Shown here: piece by piece, positions 52,901 to 62,538 of the stretch
Numbering within the stretch: position 1 is the stretch's first letter
Layout of the letters: each line of letters starts with the position of its first letter
Made by a program: the position numbers and the translations under genes
The notes under the pieces: generated by a model
Databases searched by the model: none
Told to the model about the DNA's origin: nothing
What the model saw: the letters and a program-made list of their open reading frames with translations, nothing else
DNA from: Phoronis australis
Lineage: Eukaryota > Animalia > Phoronida
Assembly: GCA_002633005.1 (NCBI GenBank)
Contig: NMRA01000687.1
Coordinates: forward strand, 62,001-126,000
Direction: 5' to 3'
Length of the DNA stretch: 64,000 nt

Positions 52901-55900
52901 TACCTCAAGATGGCATTGCCAACAATGCCGATGCGATCATACATGAATTTTTCTGCATACACATACTCTTAGTCGTCACTAATACTCTTTTTGCAGAAAT
53001 ATACCACAGTTGAGTTTATTTACAAAGATTGGAAAGTGATGGTGTTTTCTATGAATTTGTGCTTTACAATATGTTCCATATACTTTACTTGTGTTTTGTT
53101 GGGATCGAATTCTGACTGAAAAAGGTGACCTTACCTGTGACCTTTATTGGTTCAGTAGTTCTGAAAATAAACTCTCCAGACTTGGACAGAACTCTGCCAG
53201 ACTCCTTCAAGCTATGACGAAACTTCTTGCCGACGGTTGGCAGTTTATTCGAGCTTTTGTTGAAATAAGATAGTGTTTGTTAAAGTTTTGTCAGAATTTA
53301 ATGTGACGTTATTGTATCTAGCCAGGAATTTTTCATTTGTGAAAGGACTTGAAAGTTGTTGCCATATTGACAAAGTTGATGGAGTAACACATCATTTTTG
53401 CTCATCTCAAGCGGATTTTCTTTTCAAAACAGTGAGCAACTGAAAAATACCACTGACTTGATTTCCAAAGCTTTTTTTACCTTATTTGAATACTAACTGT
53501 AGACACTGCCAGTCTCCTGCAGTTGGCCACGAAGCTTACAGATGTGTTCCTGCCAGATACAGTACAAGCCCAAAGTACTCAGACAAAATGACCCAGAATT
53601 CCCAGTCATGACAACTGCAGTGGGCAGTAGTCTCGGGCGAGGAACTACCAGTCATTTGTCGATTACTTTTGTCTTGTATTGTAGCAAAATGTCACCTGCA
53701 TTGTCTTTTTGTGAGAAGCACCGCTTTGTGGAAAGACATACCATGGGCGGCACACCACATGGGGCTGGGGGGGGGGGGGGTATAGCCCCCCAATTATTTC
53801 AGTGCTGTACTGCCTATGCATACTGTATGGTACACTTTCCTGTTTGATCCATACATGTATTGGTGCCAAAAGAATCTCCTAGCTCTAATGTAAAACTTCA
53901 AAAAAATTTATAGCAGGTTTACCTTTAAAGCAAGACCCTTTTTAGAACACCCTCTTGGTTTGGCTTCAGTTACCAAAAAAAGATTACTATCTCACCCCTC
54001 ATTTGTGTTTCTATTCAAAATTTTATTGTATGAAATCAATGTAAAAATAAAGGTTGTTGTTTTGTCGTATAATTCGTTCACCTCATAATGTTTACATTGT
54101 GGTTAAAAGTGGACCAGGCAAATTGACAAAAAAGCACTATTTTTAATTTACAAATCATTTATGTATTTCAGTTGTATGTTCACATCACATGATTTAGAAT
54201 AATACTTCATTGTTTAAACTTATAATCGTACTCTGGTTTCAGAATTCACGTCTTTTAAATCCCATTTTCGTGAATTACTTACACCACATGAATTAAAATT
54301 AAATTTGTGTCCCCACTAAATACGTGTTTGGCTCAAAATATTTTATTTGATATGGGACTAAAAAATTTTATTGTTGAAAAATTTGCGCTAACAAAAATAC
54401 ACGCCATGACATTGAATGGGGAAAGATAAGTTATTCTGCCAACCAATCCGTAGCCATCTTGGAGCTGGGAAGGTTATTGTGAGGAGGAAGCAGTATGTTA
54501 GTGCGGCTATATCTGATTTGTAAAAAATGCATAGTCAGCACTACAAATAATTCGAACAGAATTTCATGATAACTAAGAGTTTTTGTCATGGTATTCATCA
54601 TTTTTCTTAAGCAGTATCCTATACAAATGTTTTTATTTTCCATCATTTAACAAACGCCTGGCTGTTTCACCTCCATAGCTGAACAAACATGTTAATGTTG
54701 TGTAAACCAGGAAATTTTTATAGTTTTTGGTGTATATATTACTGTGTACACTTTTGCAATATGATTGGTCGAGCGAACGTAGAACCATGGCATCCTGTAT
54801 AGTTGTGCATTTTCTGATGTGTTTGGGTTGTGGTTTAAAGTATTCCAGTGGAAGAAAGAAAAAAACTCTATTGGAGAATCCGGGCATCGATCCCGGTACC
54901 TCTCGCATGCTAAGCGAGCGCTCTACCATCTGAGCTAATTCCCCTAGTTGAAGAACTCATTGAATTTAATATATTTATTCAACTTACATTTATGGTGCAA
55001 GTTTTCTTGATGTTTTTTTCAGTATCTTGGTTCCTGTTTAGTATCTTCATTACAAGGAACTGATTCTACTAAGGAAGGTATTCGTAAAATGAAGGTAAAT
55101 CATTCTTCTTAATTGAATTTTATATACTTTTGGCGCTGTTTTGTGTAGCCACTAGAGGGCGTTTAAGGACATCCCTGAGAGAGACTGCCATCTGTGGGTA
55201 GATAGTGAAGTTATGTAAACAAGGAAATGATATGCATTGTGTGCCAACTCAGTGACCGTGTGAACAATATTTGAGAATGCTTTGTTTATGCTTTTGTTCA
55301 TTCTGTGTAGATTTAGTACTGTGCGTGTATGGTTCATGTGTCTTTGACGAAAGATATAAGAAGTTTAGTTTTAGCGCTTGGTGTATGAATCACTTTTCTC
55401 TCTCCACAGTGCGCCAATTCATATACTGCTAAACCTGTAAACTGAACGCCCGTGGCATGCTTGTTCAGTGAGTCGTTACGGATTATTATGACAATCTGTA
55501 TCAGTTACTTTCTCACTAGATTTTAATTACAACAAAAGCAAGCTATTTTTCCAACTCACTTGTTCTGTATGCCATTGAATTTTCAAAGCTCAGTCATGGT
55601 TAAAATCACTTTGAAATTGCCAGTGGTTCAAATGTACACCACTGTGTATTTGTTCTGGTCTCGGGGACAAGTAATTCTCATCGCTCTAACGGCTCACGCA
55701 TGCTTCCATTAATTAATCAGTTATCACCACTATTGATCTGCCAGTGTAGCAGAGTAAAACATTTTTACCCTTGGTATTAAAGCGCATATCGGCTATTTTT
55801 AATGGTTTTAGTCTCACTTCTATTTGTGGGCAACTTTGGGGAAATTTGGCATGTTTTTATTTGTTTTGCTGCCCGATAATTGGTTGATTTGCTTTGATGC

Positions 55901-58900
55901 TAATTATTTATTTATGTTTGGTATTACATTTTAGTGTTTTTCTTGTCCACGAGCATTCAGTGTTTGTTTGCTTCTCTTTCAAAAATGTTGAAATTTATAT
56001 AGGCCTACAAGAAAATCATTTAATACTATTTTTTTTGTTCCTGTTATGTGTGCTGCTGTATTACGTCGTTTCCTTTCCCTAATCAGTCTCATTTCTTTGT
56101 TTTGATTTTTCTGTCTCTCCTAACAGTGCCTTGTAATCGCTTGTTATTAAAATTCATGACAGATATCTTATTTTCTGGGCCATTAAGTTTGCTGTTAAAG
56201 GCATCCATCCGTGTGAGCCATGACTAGCCTCCCACTGTGAGCATGTCTGGTGTTTATGGTTATTCAGTTTGGGACAGAGGAATACGGGGCCCCCGAGGGA
56301 TATACTATGTCAAAATCTTTGTTTTAATTTAAAGGGTCTTCTCATCGTAGTTCGCAATCATTGACGAATCTTCAAAGGACTTGTTGGCTTAATTGAGTTT
56401 TTGATCTAATTTGTTCTGAAATAAAGTTAGCCATCATCAGATGTAACGTATTAATGAAGCGAATAAAACTATCCTCATTGGATGTTGGTGCCGGCAGTAT
56501 TTGGCATTTTCATTTAACATGCTGTTAAAAATTATCAACCACCCTGGTGTACAAATTACGAATTTACAAAGTTCACTGCCTGCTGGAGTCTATTAGAAAA
56601 TTTGTCATTTTGATTGTAAAAATGTGCAACAAAAATTCTTAGGTAATAAATTTGTTTTCTAAGGATTTTTTTATTTCTTTTGTGAACACGTGTGGTGCTT
56701 TCTAGCTCATTGAGAAATAGGCTCTCAGCAAAACTTGCCATTCCAGACATCCAGACATAGTATTTAAGGTCTCTCACAAAACTGGATCATGATTGACTTT
56801 GAACTGGCATGAGTATCGTTTACAAAACCCTTTCTATTTATTATTAATTTGTAATCAGTTCCGTTTGCTTTAAGGCTACGCTACATTTGCCGTGAATGCG
56901 ACTGCAGTTTTGCCGAGCTCCAATTCAGTTTAATCTGGGTATACTCTATCAAATCCCTAATTATAATCTCCACTAAACAGATTATCTAATTAAAGAGGTT
57001 CACTGTGTTTTGAATGAGCCTTTGAATAAATTCCACTTGTGATAATTAGCTTTGAAAAGAATTCTAATTGCTAACACAAATGAAGATTATATTTTCATTA
57101 CCATTGTCGAAGTCTGTGAGTGTGATTTTTTAGCGAAGTAATAATTTTGATAGTGGTTTTTTTCTCGGTAATGAAAGTGGTGTGTTAAATGCTTGCTATA
57201 GTGATCATACAGTGAATTGCAACAGAATTCCATGAATTGTTTTTCAAGTTCACATTAATACTTTATGTATATTCAAGGGCTTCTATTGTGTAGTGCTTGA
57301 AGGTAAATGATTGTTAAATATCCACTCGAAGCCAGTGTTTAATCTACAGAATAACACATATTGTTTTAGTGTGTTGTTGTGAATATTGATTGAAAATCTC
57401 AACTGGTTTTAAGCCTTAAAATGTCTCTAATCACGCGCCTGTCAAAGAGCCATCTCCACCCTTGATAAATGGTTTCCCTTTCCTTTTGATGTTTTAACAC
57501 ATCTTTCAATTTTACTGCAGCCCTGTCAGTTTGGCTTGTTCTTTCTTTGAGTAAATCATGTTTTATGGACATGTAGGAATTATTGCATTGTTTTTTTCCT
57601 TAATACTTTGATTTTGTAACTTATTAATAATCGTCTTGTATTTCCACCAGTAATCCATCTCGTCTTAATATATGGTAACATTTCTTGCCAACTTGAGTGA
57701 TTTGCACTCAAGGCATCTAGTTTTTAATTGGGGGATCTCTTTTACATGCATTCGTTACAGTTTGTCAGTTTTTTGGTTTAAAATACTGCCGTAAACTTAA
57801 TTAAGGTAATCTATCTTATTCGACCTGTTAGGCTGAAATAATACACATTTCATGCCTTTCAGCTCTCTAACCAACCCTTTGATTTCATCATTCTTGCTTG
57901 GTTGCCAATAACAAAGTATATAATGTTGAGGACTTCATGAAAACAAGTTATGAGTTTATGTTGTCCTATGGTGTAGAAGCAGTGTTTAGTAAGCGAGTTG
58001 GAAAACATATCTATGTTGGTTTTTGTAGAAGTCTGTTCAGAATGTCAGCAAGTTCCCTCAGATTATGCTATCCATTTCTTACCGTGGAGTAAAGTTCATC
58101 GATGCAAAGTCAAGGGTAAGTCCACATCCACACGAGTACACACTCAGTATCCGTCTGTTATCTGAACGTCTTGTCATAAAGGCAGGAACCTCTTCCAATA
58201 TACTGTTGTGAATTGTCTTCTGAATGCAGAGTAATGTTCTCTGCAAAGCACATTTGAATAAGCCTGTTTCCGTCAATTGTTATACATTGAGTTGATGGTG
58301 AAATTATGGAAAAATTGTTGAAAAGTTTTTGAAAGCCAGAAAGCAATGTTTTAAAGAATTATTCGATTACCCTTATACTTAGATTTGTGTTGGATTTTCT
58401 TGATGTCCTGGAAATGTGCGTGATGGTTCGGAAAGTTTGACCAAACTTACGCACATACTGCATAGACTACTCTACCACGGCATGTGATAAATTTGTCGCA
58501 GTGCTGAGGGCCATAAAATTCGAAAGTTTGATGATGTCACCCTAACCACCGGTGCCTACTGCATTGTTGTTAGCATACTAAATTCTCAATAACTTAAGTT
58601 GCTTCCAGTGCACTGATTTTGAACACAAGGAAACCGGTAACATCTATTTTTGAAGTCTTGGAAATGATTACAGTTGTTCTTGAAACTTGTACAGGTATAC
58701 TGTTTACGACTGCCTTGATGACAAGTTACGCACACTTCAACTGACGCACACTACACACTGGCGCACACTACACACTGGCGCACACTACACACTGGCGCAC
58801 ACTACACACTGGCGCACACTACACACTGGCGCACCCTACACACTGGCGCACCCTACACACTGGCGCACGCTACACACTGGCGCACGCTACACACTGGCGC

Positions 58901-59470
58901 ACGCTACACACTGGCGCACGCTACAAACTGGCGCACGCTACACACTGGCACACACTACAAACTGGCGCACACTACACACTGGCGCACACTACACACTGGC
59001 GCACACTACAAACTGCTGCACACTACAAACTGATGCACACTACACACTGAAGCACACTACACACTGGTGCACACTACACACTGAAGCACACTACACACTG
59101 ACGCACACTTCATCCCAACCAGCACAGTCGCTGGTCCTTGGTATCAATGATTCTTTACATGGCAGACCAGCTGAAACACACAGCAGAGGGAAAATATTAC
59201 CAACGTTTAAAACATGGTTGATCTCCTAGGGTACAATTTACGCTATGCATGGTCACTTCAAATATCCAGAACGTTCTATATGATCTTTTCTTCTCCACTC
59301 TATAACGTAGCCATATGCGTTATCGTTTTCAGCACGTCGTTAGTGAACACGAAGTCAGCAACATCTTCTGCGCTTGTCAGGATGGTACTGACATGAACTT
59401 TTTTGCCTATATCACCAAAGATCTCCAGACCAACAAGTTGTACTGTCACGTGTTCAAAGTAAAAACAATG
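1645..59470 (+). CDS. ANKS1: ANKS1-like ankyrin repeat/SAM-SAM/PTB protein, partial multi-exon gene: join(1645-1866,3095-3170,5226-5327,8651-8813,11065-11204,13172-13242,14104-14170,16552-16742,23662-24001,43223-43401,44274-44405,[44715-44796 or 46418-46511],47207-47310,48608-48719,49126-49259,50059-50163,51298-51510,52347-52478,55023-55094,58029-58115,59333-59470)
   Basis: Manually spliced exons have GT-AG boundaries, matching phases and one open frame. The domain order ANK - linker ([23 protein letters not shown]) - SAM - SAM - PTB is the ANKS1A/B architecture. The 5' and 3' ends lie outside the window. Confidence 0.93.
2108..2189. repeat. 41-bp tandem duplication (2 copies)
   Basis: acatgacatgccgtgacaagtcatattgtataggaatgatt / acatgacgtgctgtgacaagtcatcttgtgtagcaatgacc. 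Confidence 0.75.
2423..2529. mobile_element. Short palindromic (foldback/MITE-like) element
   Basis: gggctcgggaagaactg...atttcttcataacaag pairs imperfectly with cttgttatgaagaaat...cagttctttcgaagccc; similar half-sites near 4912 and 19188. Confidence 0.55.
3095..3170 (+). CDS. ANKS1: ANKS1-like exon, ankyrin repeat
   Basis: ttccag|[25 protein letters not shown]|gtaagc; phase 0-1. Confidence 0.95.
5226..5327 (+). CDS. ANKS1: ANKS1-like exon, end of ankyrin region
   Basis: tgcag|[34 protein letters not shown]|gtaaaa; phase 1-1. Confidence 0.9.
8651..8813 (+). CDS. ANKS1: ANKS1-like exon, linker
   Basis: caccag|[32 protein letters not shown]...HGDAEG|gtaaga; phase 1-2 fits both neighbours. Confidence 0.8.
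9572..9969. mobile_element. MITE, PIF/Harbinger-like termini
   Basis: About 30-bp TIR ccagggcccggtctccaatctttttactcgaaa / tttgagtacaaagattagagaccgggccctgg; non-coding interior. Superfamily inferred from GGCCC ends in CWG context. Confidence 0.75.
11065..11204 (+). CDS. ANKS1: ANKS1-like exon, Pro-rich linker
   Basis: ttgcag|[46 protein letters not shown]|gtgagt; phase 2-1. Confidence 0.85.
11187..12406 (+). repeat. 34-bp minisatellite (about 36 copies) with 68-bp A/B dimer structure
   Basis: Unit A aggaccatatttaacatgattccagttggtgagt alternates with unit B aggacaatatttaacataattccagtaagtgagt; period 34 (11891, 11925, 11959); edges degenerate. Confidence 0.95.
13172..13242 (+). CDS. ANKS1: ANKS1-like exon, linker
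   Basis: tttcag|[24 protein letters not shown]|gtaagt; phase 1-0. Confidence 0.8.
13866..14040. mobile_element. 175-bp MITE with CAG(T/G)GGCGGAT-type ends and 5-bp TSD GTGAC
   Basis: gtgac|cggtggaggatttag ... cctggatccgctcctg|gtgac; internal poly-C containing an N. Confidence 0.7.
14104..14170 (+). CDS. ANKS1: ANKS1-like exon, linker
   Basis: cgcag|[22 protein letters not shown]|gtataa; phase 0-1; PxKPPR SH3-ligand-like motif. Confidence 0.8.
14557..14714 (+). repeat. Left terminal inverted repeat of Kolobok element
   Basis: aggcgaaggcaacctttttccatg...gcaagcgcttcccgcca is the reverse complement of 16340-16497. Confidence 0.95.
14677..14689 (+). promoter_or_regulatory. ETS-CRE composite motif in left TIR
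   Basis: CCGGAAGTGACGT about 135 bp upstream of the THAP ATG; mirror copy at 16365-16377. Confidence 0.45.
14822..15917 (+). pseudogene. THAP-domain Kolobok transposase, frameshifted and 3'-truncated
   Basis: N-terminal THAP C2CH ([27 protein letters not shown]), Ser-rich linker, CxxC..CxxGH region; frameshift at T8 run 15689-15696; continues to [22 protein letters not shown] then stops before most of the DDE core. Confidence 0.88.
15852..16163 (-). pseudogene. KolX: KolX-like accessory protein (P2X7 cytoplasmic ballast-like Cys-rich domain), 3'-truncated
   Basis: aaaATGG start; MAGVGDPY...GYMFEPEY...[27 protein letters not shown] matches the YxFEP / WCxCxxCxxMxTxxECxCCxE pattern; homology ends near 15890. 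Confidence 0.8.
16340..16497 (-). repeat. Right terminal inverted repeat of Kolobok element
   Basis: tggcgggaagcgcttgcc...ggttgtcttcgcct followed by TTAA. Confidence 0.95.
16552..16742 (+). CDS. ANKS1: ANKS1-like exon, Pro-rich linker
   Basis: ttttag|[16 protein letters not shown]...[34 protein letters not shown]|gtaagt; phase 1-0. Confidence 0.88.
16897..16960. repeat. (CA)n microsatellite
   Basis: About 25 perfect CA units at 16911-16960 plus an interrupted 5' part. Confidence 0.97.
18218..18397. mobile_element. 180-bp MITE with CAGTGGC(G)GAT ends
   Basis: cagtggcagatct ... acatccgccactg; same end type as 13866-14040; no clear TSD. Confidence 0.6.
23662..24001 (+). CDS. ANKS1: ANKS1-like exon, Ser/Glu-rich linker
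   Basis: ttgtag|[20 protein letters not shown]...EKRNLNPFL|gtaagt; phase 0-1. Confidence 0.88.
26087..26263. mobile_element. About 175-bp MITE
   Basis: TIR (tata)cgccgtattcacgcagtagccat / atggcaactgcgtgaatacggcc(tata). Confidence 0.75.
28304..29031. mobile_element. Old non-autonomous DNA element with degenerate long TIRs
   Basis: taaggttctataccatg...ctgttatttttgt..aaat..gtggg imperfectly matches the reverse complement of cccacttatttcgcacaaaaataacag...catggtacaaaccgta. Confidence 0.4.
43223..43401 (+). CDS. ANKS1: ANKS1-like exon, linker
   Basis: ttttag|[22 protein letters not shown]...KERPERIVE|gtgaag; joins the previous exon to give NPFLGLIKGS, resembling the ANKS1 FxGLLxGS motif; phase 1-0. 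Confidence 0.82.
44274..44405 (+). CDS. ANKS1: ANKS1-like exon, linker
   Basis: cttcag|[21 protein letters not shown]...[12 protein letters not shown]|gtaagg; phase 0-0. Confidence 0.85.
44715..44796 (+). CDS. ANKS1: ANKS1-like mutually exclusive exon A
   Basis: ttacag|[27 protein letters not shown]|gtataa; 82 nt, phase 0-1; paralogous to 46418-46511. Confidence 0.7.
46418..46511 (+). CDS. ANKS1: ANKS1-like mutually exclusive exon B
   Basis: ttgcag|[31 protein letters not shown]|gtactg; 94 nt, phase 0-1; completes the EWxxIxxIMxS motif of ANKS1. Confidence 0.85.
47207..47310 (+). CDS. ANKS1: ANKS1-like exon, SAM1 N-half
   Basis: tttcag|[35 protein letters not shown]|gtatgt; phase 1-0. Confidence 0.95.
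48349..48530 (+). mobile_element. Degenerate tRNA-derived SINE
   Basis: ggaagcagtgtggcccagtg (A-box-like), gaggtcatgggttcgggtccc (B-box-like), then cccttgagtcagg core-like motif; does not fold as a tRNA. Confidence 0.55.
48608..48719 (+). CDS. ANKS1: ANKS1-like exon, SAM1 C-half
   Basis: tttcag|[37 protein letters not shown]|gtgagt; phase 0-1. Confidence 0.95.
48851..48925 (+). repeat. Copy of a dispersed repeat family (core aaatttcacttgtcggccatattgtgtgctaaataagtgaa)
   Basis: Related copies at about 378-440(-), 14214-14270(-), 22285-22325(-), 28220-28260(-), 39300-39330(+), 47676-47705(-), 49961-50000(+), 59666-59727(+). Confidence 0.8.
49126..49259 (+). CDS. ANKS1: ANKS1-like exon, SAM2 N-half
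   Basis: ttacag|[45 protein letters not shown]|gtaagc; phase 1-0. Confidence 0.95.
50059..50163 (+). CDS. ANKS1: ANKS1-like exon, SAM2 C-half
   Basis: ttgcag|[35 protein letters not shown]|gtatgt; phase 0-0. Confidence 0.95.
51298..51510 (+). CDS. ANKS1: ANKS1-like exon, SAM-PTB linker
   Basis: ttacag|[38 protein letters not shown]...KKEPSRP|gtaagt; 213 nt open, phase 0-0. Confidence 0.82.
52347..52478 (+). CDS. ANKS1: ANKS1-like exon, start of PTB domain
   Basis: ctacag|[44 protein letters not shown]|gtaggt; WxHxPExL motif precedes the ANKS1 PTB. Confidence 0.93.
54859..54865 (-). terminator. RNA polymerase III oligo-T terminator of tRNA-Ala
   Basis: T7 on the minus strand 6 nt downstream of the tRNA 3' end. 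Confidence 0.85.
54872..54944 (-). tRNA. tRNA-Ala-AGC: tRNA-Ala (anticodon AGC)
   Basis: GGGGAATTAGCTCAGATGGTAGAGCGCTCGCTTAGCATGCGAGAGGTACCGGGATCGATGCCCGGATTCTCCA: 73 nt, intact cloverleaf, G3:U70 Ala identity pair, discriminator A. Confidence 0.97.
55023..55094 (+). CDS. ANKS1: ANKS1-like exon, PTB domain
   Basis: tttcag|[24 protein letters not shown]|gtaaat; PTB YLGS motif. Confidence 0.95.
58029..58115 (+). CDS. ANKS1: ANKS1-like exon, PTB domain
   Basis: ttgtag|[29 protein letters not shown]|gtaagt. Confidence 0.95.
58728..59109. repeat. 17-bp minisatellite (about 22 copies)
   Basis: Unit cactacacactggcgca; period 17 (58760, 58777, 58794); explains the 180-aa repetitive ORF. Confidence 0.95.
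59333..59470 (+). CDS. ANKS1: ANKS1-like exon, PTB domain
   Basis: tttcag|[46 protein letters not shown]|gtaagt. Confidence 0.95.
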
Positions 59471-60618
59471 GTAAGTCACTGTCTTGCTTACTTGCAAACT
59501 ACAATAATACTCCACTTATTTTGCACAAGAATAATTAGCTAAAAATTGTCACATTTCCATTTATCCAAGGCTGATCACTTTACTGAATATAATAGAAAAT
59601 TTTGATTATCAAAAGTTATTTTATTACATGTACTGTACAAGAACTAACAAAAAATTTCTTAATCTTTTTTTGTGGAGAAATTTGACAAAATAGAATTTCA
59701 ATTGTGCTAAACAAGTGAAAAATTACGGTGTTCTAAGTTTGGGTTGTCCAGTGAATGTAACCTATAGAGACAATGGTGATCATTGAAACTCTTATCGTAA
59801 ATTTCCTGAAGATTGAGAATTTTTAAGTGATTTTATTTCCACGTTGTAATGATGCCGACTTGCTGACTGAAAATAAGACACAGATGAATTGTGTGAATGA
59901 GACCCTTTTGGTTTTGTATGTGAGGATTCCTGTATGAAGCAACCCTGTCATTAATCGCTGTGAAGATCATGATTTGATGGTGATGTTCCACATTGGTGGC
60001 TGCAGCCATAAGTATTACATCACCTGCAGACATGTTGGCCTTAATGACCTTGTGTGAGTCAAGCTTGTTAGCTTCTCACATTGAAATCGCAAGGAAAATT
60101 TTTAACATCTGATTTAATGCACACAAAAGGTGTATGGGAAGCAAATCCCTCAACTTTGATCTTCCCCAAGGATTAGTTGTGGAGTCAAAGCTGGTATTAG
60201 CAACTGTGTATAAATTTCTATTTATGTCCACCAGCATTAGCAGGTGATGATCCCCATAAGTGGCTTAAGCCACTCTAGGTGGTTTGAAATGTTCTACCAC
60301 ACACAAGCTGTACCCAGTGGGTATAATTTAGTTTCTTTGAGATGACTGTCAGTGATTGAGAAGATTCTTTTTTGATGGTGGTGTTAATGTGTTTGTTGTA
60401 CTGACAATATACTTTTTTGTACATTTATTATAGAACATGTGACTGACTGTAAACAATCTATGGGTTTATCAGCCTTCATGATATTTTTGTGGAAGTTGAG
60501 AGCTAAGAATTTCAAAATGAAATTGCTATAAAATTGGAAATAACAGAATTTCATTGTTGATCATATTATAAAACAAATCTTACAGAATAGCACTTTTAAT
60601 TCTCTGTTCTGTATGCTG

Positions 60619-61015
60619 TCACGTGGTTTAATGATAGAAAAGGGTAGAGAATCAGCTCTTTCAAGAGAACACAGATATTGTGAATTGTGTCTTAGTAGTG
60701 AGATGAAAGATGAGTACCATTTTCTCTGCCGTTGCGAAATGCTGGAAAACCTTAGACAATGTAAATTACCAATCTTTAAGGAAAGGTTGTAGTCCTGAAC
60801 AGATGTACACTGTTCTCATTAATCAAATGAAACTCTAGTCTTAAATCATGTGGCAAAAATTTTTTGGCAGTGAAAGTAAGAAAACGTATGAGGTTTAATA
60901 ACATAATTGTATTGTTATCTCTGTAGCATATGTGATGAATTTATTGACCGTGAGTGTCATTGTAAAGTTGTGAATTTATGGTTGCAAAAAGCCGGTGGCC
61001 AATGAAATGAATATA
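60619..61015 (+). mobile_element. 3' fragment of a non-LTR retrotransposon (ORF2 C-terminal CCHC knuckle, RTE-X-like)
   Basis: SRGLMIEKGRESALSREHRYCELCLSSEMKDEYHFLCRCEMLENLR (60619-60792) fits the xxLxIExGR...CxxC..DExHFLxxC pattern; tggccaatgaaa tail near 61000. Confidence 0.75.
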
Positions 61016-61019
61016 TATT

Positions 61020-61048
61020 TGTGTGTGTGTGCGTGCGTGCGTGCGTGT
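61020..61048. repeat. (GT)n/(GCGT)n microsatellite
   Basis: tgtgtgtgtgtgcgtgcgtgcgtgcgtgt; a similar tract lies at about 3178-3202. Confidence 0.85.
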
Positions 61049-62493
61049 GGATTTATATTACACTTCTTTCCCTTCCAAGAATGCTTCATCTAATAAATGT
61101 TCTTTGGCTCGCCTTAGTTTTTTGTTTTGTTTCATTATTTTATTGTACCAACAAGCTTTGTAAATAAATGTTGTGAACTCTTTTATACTGCTATTACAAA
61201 CAAGAAAAGTTAGGGACATATTTTCAGTTCGTTATGCTTTGTGTTTTGCCACGTCTTTCTACTGAATTCTATATCTCATTATCATCTTGAAATAGTTTTC
61301 AACAACTTTTATTTGCCTTTAATCTCAGAAAATTAATGTCTATGAAATAATTGAAATCCTTTTGAATAGACGAATTACAAACCGGAAATATTAATACTCA
61401 TTGTTTGTGTTCGCCTATCAGTTTACGAAACAGAAGTCTAAGAGGCGGGCTCACAAATTAATCGTAACATTATCACTAGAAATCCTGGTCTCCTTTTGAA
61501 GGAGGCTAATTAACTCTTTCCTTTGGATTAGTGTCCTCCTATGGAAGTCTTGACTGAGCCGGGCTCAGCTCATCAAATGTTCGAGCTTCAATGGGCTCTC
61601 AATCTTATTAGTTTGTCTAGACAACAAGAAGACAAGACAGTCCGACCTCCGACCTCCCTGCTCATTAGGTATAGAAAGTTAGGAAGAATTGTCAGTAGAG
61701 TATTTGTTCATAACTCATTTAAGGTTTGTTTCATGAAAAGTTTGACTTGAGCCTGAAGTTTGGTCCTGGGCTCCACACAGCTATTTGTGAAAAACAATAA
61801 AATCTCACTTTAGTGAAAGTACGAAATCTTTGAGAATATGCTTGTTCTAGTTGCTGAGACAATTTGTATATATTTTTAGATGGTAATTTCCTTATAATTA
61901 CTTGGCAAAGACCTTTACTCGTTAATTGTGGAGTGGGACCGCAAGACCAAGTGTGTCTCAAGTCTAAAGTCTTTTTTTAATGAAACATACCCCTGTTCAT
62001 TTTCCGATTATGAATTACAATGGTTGGTTTATTGTGAATTCTTTTATAACACTTATAAGTACAAAGTGAATTCAGTTACTTCAGAACTAGTTAAACAATG
62101 TTGTTATCCCAACCCGTAAGGCTCGTGTTTTTCCATAAATCTTTAGTAAAAAAGTAATTTATCAGACTTGATACTCTTCTTCGGAGTGAAAACTTTTTAA
62201 GTGAGGAAATGGGGCAGAAATTCATTTGATAAACCGAAAGTAATTTTTTGTTTAGGTTTCTTAAGTGGAATTTTCAAGTGGCCTATATTAACCGAATATG
62301 ATTAGTAGCATGCTTGTTGAAAATATGATCGTGGTTTAGTCTCCCTGAAATAGACTCTTTGGTTTCTCGTAGGTCATTCTAATATTTTTGTGAATGTGTC
62401 TTAAAACACTCTCAAATTGTCATGAGATAGAACATGAATTTGACAATTTATTTAGTGCTCTGGTACTTAGTTATTGATACAAAAATGAAGGCG

Positions 62494-62538
62494 ATAATAA
62501 TTACAATAATAATAACAACAACAATAATAATAATAATA
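62494..62538. repeat. (AAT/AAC)n microsatellite
   Basis: ataataattacaataataataacaacaacaataataataataata. Confidence 0.85.

Noticed and set aside
58687-59229. 180-aa His/Thr-rich ORF
   Set aside because: Translation of a stop-free 17-bp minisatellite in an intron; starts at a non-ATG codon.
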